From an uncultured Acidimicrobiia bacterium (GTDB taxonomy: Bacteria > Acidobacteriota > Terriglobia > Versatilivoradales > Versatilivoraceae): DNA of 64,000 nucleotides. The notes beneath the pieces are model-generated. The model worked only from the letters and a program-made list of their open reading frames with translations. It did no database searches and was not told the origin of the DNA. Positions 9,782 to 19,935 of this stretch are shown in pieces (positions within the stretch are counted from its first letter, which is position 1; every line of letters starts with the position of its first letter). The DNA is taken from NCBI GenBank assembly GCA_963786955.1, contig CAWBAT010000004.1, forward strand, positions 384,001 to 448,000, read 5' to 3'. The position numbers and the translations under genes were made by a program.

Positions 9782-10453
9782 TTAGAGCCGTTGTCTTTCG
9801 TGAGCCGTCGGGTTTTCTGGTTGTTCGGCCTCATTCTCCAAATGCGTAGAATGTCCAGGAGCCATGGAGGTCATCGAGAGATCCTCTGCAATAGGGCGGC
9901 TGATATCCACATGTCCTGCCAGTGTTTCTACATCAGTTCCCTCAATCAGAATTTGGACATTCTTGACGCTAGCAACATTCTGCGTCAGCGAATTGACGAT
10001 GGAATAAACAGAAGCCAATTCCTGGGTGATACCTCCTGGATGCTTGGATGAGACCTCCTTGGTGAAGTCAACCACAGCGATTCCTTCTTTTAGGATGAAG
10101 AGTTCGCGCAATTTTGTTTCCCGTGGCAACGCTGGACCACCAGCACTTCCCGGCCCTCTGATAAGCTCAGCGACTATCTGTTTGGCCTCTGTGGAGCTCA
10201 ACTCGGAGGCGCGAATCTCCCGCTCTTCGGACATGAGGAACCCTACTTTTTCCCGGGAGGGGAAAAAAAGTCTGACTTTCTTCGGAAGGGCAGAGTCAGA
10301 AATCACTGGCCCAGTGACGAGATAGGGCTGAGGTGGCTCAGCTGGCCGTTGGACGAACTCCTGAATTCGCTTGCGAAGATCGTAGTAGAAGGAAACACCC
10401 GCGAGGGTGATGATCAGTAACACAATGAGTCCAAATTTAATATGTCGGGGCAT
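9782..10453 (-). CDS. GerMN domain-containing protein
   Basis: N-terminal anchor; ELIRGP, VVDF, SIVNSLT and ETLAGHVD motifs. Confidence 0.9.
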   Translation of the reverse strand: MPRHIKFGLIVLLIITLAGVSFYYDLRKRIQEFVQRPAEPPQPYLVTGPVISDSALPKKVRLFFPSREKVGFLMSEEREIRASELSSTEAKQIVAELIRGPGSAGGPALPRETKLRELFILKEGIAVVDFTKEVSSKHPGGITQELASVYSIVNSLTQNVASVKNVQILIEGTDVETLAGHVDISRPIAEDLSMTSMAPGHSTHLENEAEQPENPTAHERQRL

Positions 10454-10455
10454 TT

Positions 10456-11652
10456 CTAATGCTTTGTCTGCTGTGAATGAAATTTTTCAACGGCTATGGA
10501 AACCGTCGCCGCGACCAGATTTTGAAACTGATTTTTGCCGGCCATTTCTTTAAATTCGGATGAACTGGCGTCGCCGATCTCAACCAGAACAGCAGGCATG
10601 GCCAATTGCGTGAGGAGTCGGAGAGGAGCCTGGCGAGAGCGAAATGAGCTGTCGCCTCCATTGAGCGATCGATTGATTTCCTGCTGAAGCAGTTCCGCAA
10701 GGCGTTCGCTCTGGAGAAGACTATTTCGTTGAGATTCTTCCCAAGGAAGAAAAAGCGGGCTGACGCCCGATCCTTCTCTCTGTTCTCCCGCTCCTGAAAT
10801 TGTCCACAGCGGTTTCAATGTATAGGCATAACTCACAGGTTCATAACCCAAATTGCTATTTCCGATGTGGAGGCTGATAAAAAGATCCGATTGAGCCTGA
10901 TTAGCAGCCAAAGCACGTTCTTCCAATGTCAATGACTGGTCCTCCGTTCGAGTCAACACGACAGGGATTCCCAACCGGGTCTGAAGCGCCCAGCGGAGCT
11001 TCTTTCCGATCGCCAATGTCACATCTTTTTCATACAGGTTTTCTTTGATCATGGCTCCTTTATCCGGGCCACCATGTCCTGCATCGATCGTGATGTGTCC
11101 CCACCTCGATGTGTCCTTCCGCGCGGGAAACGGCAATACTTCAGGATTGGGTCTTTCGCTTGAGTCCGCTGGGGGGATTTCGTGCTTCTTGAGTTCCAAA
11201 AGATAGACGTTTTGTGAATCGAAATGAGACAGCCGTGTTTGAATATCCTTGCTCGTCAATTGAATGGACAACTGGTTCAATCCTGGAGACTGATCCAGCG
11301 TAATGGAACTCACTAATGGGTCTTGGTAGTGAAAATCTCTATGAGATAATTCGACGGCATTATCGCCGAAGAGCAACAAAACCCGCAGTTCTTCCTGGCG
11401 CATGATCAATAGTAATGGAGCACCCAACTGAACGGTGATCCGCGTTCCTTGGTCATCCGCAGAAGTTGTGAGATTGATTTTGGTAGGATTTTTCCCCCTC
11501 ATCGAAGCAAATTCTACCGACGTCACGACCGAAGTTGTGGCAGGCAAGAATCGACTGAGAAAGCGATTGACCCCATTGGGTAGGCAAAGAACAACGAGCC
11601 CGATCAAAAGACAACCCAGAAACTTGGGGAATGGAAAAAGGGGCCTGGACAT
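10456..11652 (-). CDS. N-acetylmuramoyl-L-alanine amidase (Amidase_3)
   Basis: IDAGHGG, EK, LTR, ISLH and PAVLVEIG motifs; start uncertain (11652 or 11754). Confidence 0.9.
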   Translation of the reverse strand: MSRPLFPFPKFLGCLLIGLVVLCLPNGVNRFLSRFLPATTSVVTSVEFASMRGKNPTKINLTTSADDQGTRITVQLGAPLLLIMRQEELRVLLLFGDNAVELSHRDFHYQDPLVSSITLDQSPGLNQLSIQLTSKDIQTRLSHFDSQNVYLLELKKHEIPPADSSERPNPEVLPFPARKDTSRWGHITIDAGHGGPDKGAMIKENLYEKDVTLAIGKKLRWALQTRLGIPVVLTRTEDQSLTLEERALAANQAQSDLFISLHIGNSNLGYEPVSYAYTLKPLWTISGAGEQREGSGVSPLFLPWEESQRNSLLQSERLAELLQQEINRSLNGGDSSFRSRQAPLRLLTQLAMPAVLVEIGDASSSEFKEMAGKNQFQNLVAATVSIAVEKFHSQQTKH

Positions 11653-11886
11653 AGAGTTCCTGAGGTATAGAATAGGGACTGACGATTCAACGTTGAGACC
11701 GGTTTCAAGTCTGTCTCCTTTGATTATCAACAAATGCTCAACGGATGAAAACACTAAAGTCTTCCGTTCTGTGCTCTCCGAGAGATTTTTGAGATTGAGG
11801 ATCGCTTTGCAACGAGTTGCTTGGGCGATTCCCCGGCAGGCCTGCGGCTGACTTCTTTAGGCAAACTGAAGGGAGTGACCACTGCC

Positions 11887-12972
11887 ATGACCCACAAAGA
11901 AAGACTACTCACTGCTATTAACCATGAAGAACCCGATCGAGTACCCCTTTGCGCGTGGTATACCCCTGAAGCTGAACGGCGCCTTCTGCGCCATCTAGGG
12001 GTGGAATCGACAGAAACAGAGACCTACAAATCGGCCGGAGGACCCCTTCCCATTCTCATGGATCATGACTTCCTGATTTCCTGGATGGGCCCTTGCACGG
12101 GGTACTATGCAAACTCGGCCAAACAGTACACCGATGAGTGGGGAATCCGATGGAGATGGATCCAGCACATTTCGAGTGGAGCTTTCACAGAGATGGCCGA
12201 ACACCCGTTGGCCGATATCACGGATCCAGCGCAATTCACCATGCCGGATTTCTCCAACGAGGACCGCTACGACGGCATCCGGAAGCTAATTACCGAACAT
12301 GGGAAGGAATACGGCATCATGGGCGGGCTTGCCTGTACGTTGTTTGAACTCGCCTGGTACTTGCGCGGTATGGAGACCGTTTTGGAGGACCTCGTTTCCC
12401 GCAAAGATTTCGCCCATGCCTACATCGAGAAGCTGATGAGCTGGATTCGAACGGCCGGCAGGAAATTTGTTGAACTGGGTGTGGATATCATCTGGATTGG
12501 GGACGATTTTGGAACCCAAAATCGAATGCTTCTCTCGCCAGCTATTTTCCGCGAGTACTTTAAGCCGCGCTACGCCGAGCTTTTCTCGGAATGGAAGAGC
12601 ATCAACCCTCAAGTCAAAATTGCATTTCATACGGACGGATATGTCGTTCCGATCATCCCGGATCTAATTGAGATCGGACTCGATATTCTCAACCCCATCC
12701 AGCCAAAATCGATGGATCCTGCCCAAATCAAGAAAGAATTCGGAAACCACCTCACCCTTTGGGGGACTATCGATATTCAGGAGGTACTCCCATTTGGCAC
12801 TCCCGAGGACGTTGCCAATGAAGTGAAGCTACGTTTGCGCACTGCAGGGAAGGGTGGAGGATTAATCATCGCCCCGGCTCATAACCTCCAGCCAGATGTC
12901 CCTATCGAGAATATACTGACTTTTTATGAAACGGCGAAAACATACGGCCGGTACCCGCTTCGATTTAATTAG
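11887..12972 (+). CDS. Uroporphyrinogen decarboxylase-like (URO-D/MtaA/CmuA superfamily) protein
   Basis: MTHKER..HEEPDRVP, DEWG, GDDFG, FHTDG, NPIQP and APAHN motifs. Confidence 0.9.
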   Translation: MTHKERLLTAINHEEPDRVPLCAWYTPEAERRLLRHLGVESTETETYKSAGGPLPILMDHDFLISWMGPCTGYYANSAKQYTDEWGIRWRWIQHISSGAFTEMAEHPLADITDPAQFTMPDFSNEDRYDGIRKLITEHGKEYGIMGGLACTLFELAWYLRGMETVLEDLVSRKDFAHAYIEKLMSWIRTAGRKFVELGVDIIWIGDDFGTQNRMLLSPAIFREYFKPRYAELFSEWKSINPQVKIAFHTDGYVVPIIPDLIEIGLDILNPIQPKSMDPAQIKKEFGNHLTLWGTIDIQEVLPFGTPEDVANEVKLRLRTAGKGGGLIIAPAHNLQPDVPIENILTFYETAKTYGRYPLRFN

Positions 12973-13026
12973 ATTGGGATTCCTGGAAAGAGAGAATAAT
13001 CAGACTCTTGAGTGTGGCTGCTTCTT

Positions 13027-13061
13027 CGAAGACATGCAAAGGGCACATGTCTTCGCCACCC
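13027..13061 (-). repeat. REP hairpin (GGGTGG-CGAAGACATG-N9-CATGTCTTCG family)
   Basis: Same family as the repeats at the IS target, at 57295-57399 and at 59160-59268. Confidence 0.8.
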
Positions 13062-13066
13062 ACGAA

Positions 13067-13091
13067 TGGTGGGGGCTGGGGGGAGTCGAAC
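13067..13091 (-). repeat. Degenerate copy of tmRNA 3' end (att-like)
   Basis: tggtgggggctggggggagtcgaac resembles tmRNA end tggtggaggcggcgggagtcgaac. Confidence 0.55.
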
Positions 13092-13174
13092 TATCCAATT
13101 TTTTCCGTTAAAATTAACGAGTCGATTTTGATGTCAGATGCCTGAATTCATGGAGATTCTCGTTAGCTTCCCTT

Positions 13175-15942
13175 ATGGTAGCCAATCCATCTTCAAAGGC
13201 CAAAAGGACGATTGACGGACTTGTTCTTTTCGTGCTCGTTCTTCCAATCTTAACTTTTGATGGGCTCGGAGAATCTTCTGAAAAAAGTGAGTTCTTCGAA
13301 AAAAGCATTCGTCCGGTTCTTTCGACGAGTTGTTACCCATGCCACGCCAGTCTCAGGAGTGGCGGATTGCGACTCGACTCGCGCCAGAATATCCTGAAAG
13401 GTGGTAATGACGGTCCGGTCGTCGTCCCCGGTCAACCCGAAAAGAGTCTTCTCATACAAGCCATTCGTCTAACCCATGAGCGGTTCAAGATGCCGCTTGG
13501 TGGCCCGAAGCTTGATGATGAGGTAATCAAGAATTTCACTCAGTGGATTCAGAATGGACTGGCTTGGCCCGAATCGCCTGAGGAATTCTTCAGCGCCCAT
13601 GTTCGACCCGTACTTTCGAAGAGCTGTTTACCGTGTCATAGTGCTTCCCCTCACGGCCATCTTCAATTGGACACCCGCGAGCACATGCTCAAAGGGGGAG
13701 ACTCGGGACCCGCGTTGGTTGCCGGCGATCCGGCGCGGAGTCTGCTAATCCAGTCCATGGAACACAAGCACGACAAACTGAAGATGCCTCCTAGTAAACC
13801 CCTCTCAGACGAGGAGCAAGCCGACCTTGTAGCTTGGGTAAAGCAAGGTGCGCCTTGGGCCGGTGGGGCCATCACAGCGGCGGATGCTGACTACCAGATC
13901 ACCTCGGAACAAAGATCTTTTTGGTCCTTTCAGCCTTTGAAATACCCCGCTGTCCCCAAGGTCAGAGATCAAAGATGGGTTCGGACCGAGCTGGACAACT
14001 TTATTCTCGCGAAACTTGAGTCGAAGGGGCTAAAACCGACTTCGCAGGCGAGCAAGCGAGAGCTGATTCGTCGCGTGAGCTATGATTTGACCGGGCTCCC
14101 TCCAAATCCCGAAGAGGTGGAAGCCTTTATGAGCGACACATCCCCAATTGCGTTCTCTCAAGTCGTCGATCGACTGCTAGCCTCGCCCCATTATGGCGAG
14201 CGATGGGCTCGGCACTGGCTCGATCTAGTTCGATACGCAGATACTGCCGGCGACAATGCGGACTACCCTATCCCCCAGGCCCATCTCTATCGCCGTTACG
14301 TCATTGATTCTCTCAACAACGATAAATCTTACGACGAGTTCATCCGGGAACAGATCGCCGGCGATCTTCTGCCAGCGAAGACGGAACCGGAGCATTGGGA
14401 GCACATCGTTGCGACCGGTTACCTCGCCATCGCCAAACGGTTTGGGACGGAGCCAGAAAAGCAGAGGTACCTGACGATTGATGACACGATTGACAACCTG
14501 GGCAAGACCTTTCTTGGCCTGTCAGTCTCCTGCGCACGCTGTCATGATCACAAGTTCGACCCCATTTCGAACAAAGACTATTATGCCCTCTACGGTATTC
14601 TAGACAGCACGCGCTATCCCTTTTCGGGATCGGAAATGCGCAATGAGCAAAGGGATTTGGTTTTCCGGTTTCCACAGGACGAAGCCGCTTCGAAACCTTT
14701 CTATGATGAACTAAAAGATCTCGAGGAACGAATCAAGGAACTACAAAAGAAAAGGAACGCGTTGGCAACTGTAGGTACCGGAACCCAGGGCATCAAGGAT
14801 CCGACAAATTCCGCTTCAATACCCACACAGACTAGCGCTCGCACGGTTGAAGACCTCAATCTGGAAATTGCGGAATTGAAGAAGCAACGCCTGGCAATCT
14901 TGAGGGCAAGACCCCTCGTAGAAGACGCATTTGCCGTCGGGGAGGAGAAGCCCCATGACGCCCCAGTCCTCTTACGCGGAGACCCCGAGAAACCGGGCGA
15001 CCTCGTGCCACGCCGATTCCTGCAGATCCTAGGAGGAGAGCAGTTACCTGCCAATTGCAAGCAAAGTGGCCGTCTGCAACTAGCTCATTGGATTGCCAGC
15101 CCGGATAACCCACTGACAGCTCGCGTCATGGTAAACCGAATCTGGGAATACCATTTTGGCAAGAGCTTGGTCACGACTCCCAGTGACTTTGGGAAACGTG
15201 GCCGGCCTCCAACGCATCCGGAGCTTCTCGATTACCTGGCGATGCGCTTCATTGAGAGTGGATGGTCATTAAAGGCCTTACACCGTCTCATTCTGCTTTC
15301 CGCGACCTATCAACTTTCGAGTAAGGGAGGAGCGGAGAACGCCAAAAGTGACGTCTCCAATGACTTGCGCTGGAGATTCGACAGGCAGCGGCTCGATGCG
15401 GAGTCCATCCGCGATGCCATGCTAGCAGTGAGTGGTGATCTGGATCTCCGGGAGGCGAGCGCACATCCCTTCCCCCACCCGGCAGACTGGAACTGGTCGC
15501 AGCACAAGCCTTTCGAAGCTACATATCCCACCAACAAGCGGAGTGTCTATCTCATGCTCCAGCGAAGCCAGCGACATCCTTATCTCTCGATCTTCGACGG
15601 TGCCGACACAAACGTCAGCACAGCCTTGCGAACTGCCAGCATCACCCCACTGCAAGCGCTTTACATGATGAACAGCGAATTCATCCACGAACGCTCGCTG
15701 CATTTTGCTGATCGCTTGATTGCTAGCACGCCCAACGACGCGGGCCGCTTGAAGTTGGCTTTCCAGTTGGCGTTTGCCCGGCTGCCCACACGGAGGAGAG
15801 CCAACATGCGATCGAATACTGCCGCTCAAGTCGGGAAAAGCTTGCGTCTTCAGGGGTAACTATCGGCCAGCTGCCGCGTGAGGTATGGGCTAGCTTCCTT
15901 TGCGCCGTGCTTGCGAGCAACGAGTTTATTTATATTGATTGA
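13175..15942 (+). CDS. Planctomycete cytochrome c / DUF1549 (PSCyt2) / DUF1553 (PSD1) protein, frameshifted near 15790
   Basis: Two N-terminal CxxCH domains; RWARHWLD, CARCHDHKFDP and ARVMVNRIW motifs; canonical LASNEFIYID* end lies in another frame. Confidence 0.9.
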
Positions 15943-15954
15943 GGAGCGGTACAA

Positions 15955-17343
15955 ATGGTCCAGCGCAAAACTGCAGGATTTTCCCGACGCGGAGTCTTGC
16001 GTTCCCTCGTGGGAACTCCGTTGATCCTTCCGGCAATCTTGTCGGAGCTCCTTGCCGAGGCTCCCCCGGCGGAATCGGTTAACGCTAGTTCACTGGCACC
16101 CAAGGCGCCCCACTTTCCTGCACGAGCCAAGCGTGTCATTTTCCTGCACATGAGCGGCGGAGTTTCTCACGTTGATACTTTCGACCCAAAACCCAAACTC
16201 ATTGCGGACAGCGGAAAGACTGTCCAAAAGGATCAATTCCTGACCCTGCCCCAATGGAACTTCAAGCGGTACGGGAAGTCCGGCATCGAAATCAGTGATC
16301 TGTTCCCAAACATTGGCGATTGCGCAGACGACCTCTGCATCATCCGGAGCATGAAAAACGACAACGAGGATCACGTCGAGGCGACACTCGGGATCCATAC
16401 AGGCTCGGTTACCTTTACCAGGCCCAGCATTGGTGCCTGGGTGAGCTATGGGTTGGGAACATCCAACCAGAATCTGCCCTCGTTTATCGTCATTGCGCCA
16501 CAAATGCCCTACGGCGGCAGCCAGGCTTGGGGATCGGACTTTCTGCCGGCCATTCATCAGGGAACCCGAATTGTGCCCGGTGGTGACCCCATTCCTGATT
16601 TGAAGTCGCGAGCGCTTTCACCCGAGATTCAGGAGATGGAGCTTGGGCTCATTAATTTCTTCAACCAAAGGCACTTACACGAACGCGAACCGGATGTCTC
16701 CCTGGCGGCGCGAATTAAGTCTTTTGAAACCGCTTACAGCATGCAACGGGAGGCACCGGAAGCGTTTGATCTTTCGAACGAGTCCGACGCGACCTTGAAG
16801 CTTTACGGCCTCGAACGCGGATCGACGATAGGGTTTGCCTGGCAGTGTCTGGTGGCGAGACGGCTAGCGGAGCGAGGCGTGCGTTTCATTGAACTCATCG
16901 ATTCCGGTTCTTCCAAAAACTGGGACGCTCATACTGACATGCAATCGTGCGTCCCCTTAGCCAAAAACGTCGACCGACCCATTGCAGGCCTGCTCAAGGA
17001 CTTGAGATCGAGAGGACTGCTCGACGACACGCTAGTGGTGTGGACTACAGAGTTCGGCAGGAAACCATTCGCGGAATCAGTGGGTGCAAAAGGCCGAGGC
17101 CATCACCCCGGTGCTTACAGCTCTTGGCTTGCCGGTGCTGGCGTTAAAGGTGGAATGATTTACGGACAAACCGACGAGTACGGCATAGAGGTCACCTCAG
17201 ACCCCATGCACATTCACGACTTTCATGCGACCATCCTCTATCTCCTCGGCATTGAGCACACCCGATTGACTTTTCGATATGGCGGCCGCGATTTTAGACT
17301 CACCGACGTGTCGGGGCGAGCAATTAAAGAGATCCTGGTGTAA
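15955..17343 (+). CDS. DUF1501 domain protein (Tat-like N-terminus)
   Basis: SRRGVL, AKRVIFLHMSGGVSHVDTFDPKP, TEFGR and RLTDV motifs; usual partner of DUF1553 proteins. Confidence 0.92.
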   Translation: MVQRKTAGFSRRGVLRSLVGTPLILPAILSELLAEAPPAESVNASSLAPKAPHFPARAKRVIFLHMSGGVSHVDTFDPKPKLIADSGKTVQKDQFLTLPQWNFKRYGKSGIEISDLFPNIGDCADDLCIIRSMKNDNEDHVEATLGIHTGSVTFTRPSIGAWVSYGLGTSNQNLPSFIVIAPQMPYGGSQAWGSDFLPAIHQGTRIVPGGDPIPDLKSRALSPEIQEMELGLINFFNQRHLHEREPDVSLAARIKSFETAYSMQREAPEAFDLSNESDATLKLYGLERGSTIGFAWQCLVARRLAERGVRFIELIDSGSSKNWDAHTDMQSCVPLAKNVDRPIAGLLKDLRSRGLLDDTLVVWTTEFGRKPFAESVGAKGRGHHPGAYSSWLAGAGVKGGMIYGQTDEYGIEVTSDPMHIHDFHATILYLLGIEHTRLTFRYGGRDFRLTDVSGRAIKEILV

Positions 17344-17506
17344 GCCTTGCCCCTTCCCACCACTAGATTTGGCCCCTTGGGGTCATTTAAGGTTGCCCGT
17401 TTCAAGTTCGAAACGGATGTTCGGCGGGCGGGAGAGACGAGTGATTCACAGCGAGCGGCAAACGGGGCCCCCCGTGCATCATTCATTTCGACACACGGAA
17501 GAAAAA

Positions 17507-17856
17507 TGGTGGAGGCGGCGGGAGTCGAACCCGCGTCCGAAAATACTCAGCAAGAAGAATCTACGAGCGTATCCGCTTCAATTTGTTTCACGATCTGACA
17601 CGCAGAAACGGCAAGACTGCCAAACCGCTAGTCCGGTGAGTTTCGCTAGTTGTCCCCGAACAATTACAACCAGCTATCCTGTTTGTCGACGCCCCACATT
17701 CACTGCACAGGCACCAGTAAAGGAGACGGCTACCTGATTAGGCAGCTAACGCTAATTGTTGATCAGCAGTTAAGTTATGTTCCATATTTTTAACGAGGGC
17801 ATGGTCCTCGGCACGCATCTTCCGCCCTGTAATCCCGTCGAAACCGTTTCGCCCCC
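17507..17856 (-). ncRNA. ssrA: tmRNA, tag peptide ADQQLALAA
   Basis: 5' GGGGGCGAAACGGTTTCGAC; 3' GGGTTCGACTCCCGCCGCCTCCACCA; internal reading frame gctgatcaacaattagcgttagctgcctaa. Confidence 0.96.
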
Positions 17857-18174
17857 GGATTCAAAGCTTCCCTTGCATTATAAGGAGCCGTTCATTAAAG
17901 TGTCAAGCGAGACTGTCGAACGGGTACCCCTAAGAATTTTCTTTGTAACAAATTCTAAAGAAAAACACCTAAATTACCGTTTGGATAGTTCGGAAGCAAG
18001 TATTTGATGCCAGATTGCAGTTCAGGGGCGTCAATCAGGGTAGGACCCTACTTGCTGGGGTCAGCGACAAACCTGCTAGTTTGGAGTTGACATCGATTAT
18101 AATGTCCAAAGCATTCTAGCTCGGTTTTAGAAACACCATTCATTCCTCGTGCCGAGAAGGGAGATAGGCTGTCG

Positions 18175-19755
18175 ATGGAAAACGAAAACTTCAGTGAAGG
18201 CAAACTCCGCGAGATTCTGCAAAAGACCGTCACCAACCGGGTATCCACTGTTGGAAAGGACTTAATGGAGTTTCGGACCAATTTTCAGCAGTCCGCCCAG
18301 ACGATTATCGAGAATGTCAGCCAGATCCTGAGCTCTGTCGAGGAAGAATTACTGGATGACCTCAAGGCCGAGATCTCCCAGCTCGAATCGGGAATGCGGG
18401 GTAAAGTTGCGGGTGAATTACGCGGCCAATTAGAAGTTGAATTGCGCCAGGAAATAGAAGCGGAGCTGGAACCACGCCTGGGCGTGGCCAAAGAAAGTGG
18501 AATGCAGCTTGCCCAAGAGAAACTCCATACCAAGATGGAGATTCTCAACAATGCCCTTCGGGAAATTAGCCTGAACAATAGCCAGGTCGAAATCCTCACG
18601 AGCTACCTTGACAAGGCTTCTCTTTTTGCGTCTCGGGTCGCTTTGTTTGTGATGAAATCCGGAAATCTACTTGGCTGGCAAGCTCGGGGATTCGAAGGGG
18701 AGTTTAATAATGCATCCATCAAATCAGTCATCTTCTTGCCCGAACACGATAATGCGCTTCGTCGTGCAGCAGAAAGCCGCAAGCCCTTTGACGGTATGAC
18801 CGCCGGGAATCGGGACATGTTGGATCTGGTATCCCGATTCGGGCCGGTGGCTCCAGAAGTGGCTTGTGCCATCCCGCTCGTGGTTCGAGACAAGGCCGTG
18901 GCTGTTCTATATGCTGATTCCGGTATGGGGACCACACACCACGTCGATGAGCACGCCTTGAAGATTGTCACCACGGTCGTCAGCCTGACGGTTGAGTTGA
19001 GCAGCGCCAGAGCAAAACTGGGTGTGAAGCCGGCCGAATCGGCTCCCTTCACTCATGCAGCGCCCGAAAAGACAAGAGAGGTCCGTGAAGTCACCGAAGG
19101 GAGTGAACTCCATGAGGTGCCAAGACACTGGTCTGAAAGCAAGGGTGCGCCTCCAGCAGTGCCATCGCCGAAGGAAGAACCTGCTCCAGAGCCTCTTACC
19201 GCGACACCCTCAAAACGGGCTGAGACTCTGGAAGAGACAGCCAGCACTCCGTCTCCAGCAGTGCCATCGCCGAAGGAAGAACCTGCTCCAGAGCCGATTA
19301 CCGTGACACCTTCAAAACGGGCTGAGACTCTGGAAGAAACTGCCAACACTCCGTCTCCGGCCTCAAGCTCCCGATCCGCCGAATTGGAGACACCACAAGT
19401 CGAGGCAAAACCTCAACGAGAGACGCCCGCATATACACCGGTTTCCCTAGAAATTCTCAGCGAGGAGGAGCAAAAATTTCACAATGACGCACGGCGATTT
19501 GCTCGCCTTCTCGTCTCAGAAATTAAGCTCTACAACGAACAAAAAGTTCACGCCGGACGAAGAGACAAAAACCTGTATTTGTTGCTCCGAGATGATATCG
19601 ACAAGAGCCGGGAAATGTACGACAAGCGAGTGTCACCAGATGTTGCCGCTAAAGTCGATTATTTCTACGACGAACTTGTCAAGATCCTCGCTGAAAACCA
19701 GGTTGCGACGCTCGGAGCCGAATGTCCCGGACCTGTAATTTTAACGAGGCAGTAA
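18175..19755 (+). CDS. Conserved hypothetical protein: coiled coil + GAF-like domain + Pro-rich linker + C-terminal helical domain
   Basis: AIPLVVRDKAVAVLYAD (GAF-like); ARRFARLLVSEIKLYN C-terminal motif. Confidence 0.75.
   Translation: MENENFSEGKLREILQKTVTNRVSTVGKDLMEFRTNFQQSAQTIIENVSQILSSVEEELLDDLKAEISQLESGMRGKVAGELRGQLEVELRQEIEAELEPRLGVAKESGMQLAQEKLHTKMEILNNALREISLNNSQVEILTSYLDKASLFASRVALFVMKSGNLLGWQARGFEGEFNNASIKSVIFLPEHDNALRRAAESRKPFDGMTAGNRDMLDLVSRFGPVAPEVACAIPLVVRDKAVAVLYADSGMGTTHHVDEHALKIVTTVVSLTVELSSARAKLGVKPAESAPFTHAAPEKTREVREVTEGSELHEVPRHWSESKGAPPAVPSPKEEPAPEPLTATPSKRAETLEETASTPSPAVPSPKEEPAPEPITVTPSKRAETLEETANTPSPASSSRSAELETPQVEAKPQRETPAYTPVSLEILSEEEQKFHNDARRFARLLVSEIKLYNEQKVHAGRRDKNLYLLLRDDIDKSREMYDKRVSPDVAAKVDYFYDELVKILAENQVATLGAECPGPVILTRQ
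19151..19358 (+). repeat. In-frame 102-bp tandem duplication (2 copies)
   Basis: PAVPSPKEEPAPEP[L/I]T[A/V]TPSKRAETLEETA[S/N]TPS occurs twice. Confidence 0.95.
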
Positions 19756-19935
19756 AGATCCCCATCCTACCCTCTTCACGAAACTATTGCAGCCTTCCGC
19801 TTGCTGACCTACTATTTGGCCAACATTAAGAGGGTGAAACAGAATACTCCCGAAAGGGAACTCTCCCCTCTTTCACTGAAAACTTGATATTAATGGATCG
19901 TCGGAATCAAATGTTTTCCTTTTCTTGACCTCCTC

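Noticed and set aside
9490-9782. Absence of murI between the GerMN gene and rph
   Set aside because: Gene order variation is common, and no murI remnant is visible to support a deletion.
17279-17737. ORFs overlapping 17279-17737
   Set aside because: Antisense to tmRNA; spurious.
19151-19358. Tandem repeat as a possible CRISPR array
   Set aside because: Two adjacent in-frame copies without spacers inside a CDS; no CRISPR array or cas gene seen in the window.
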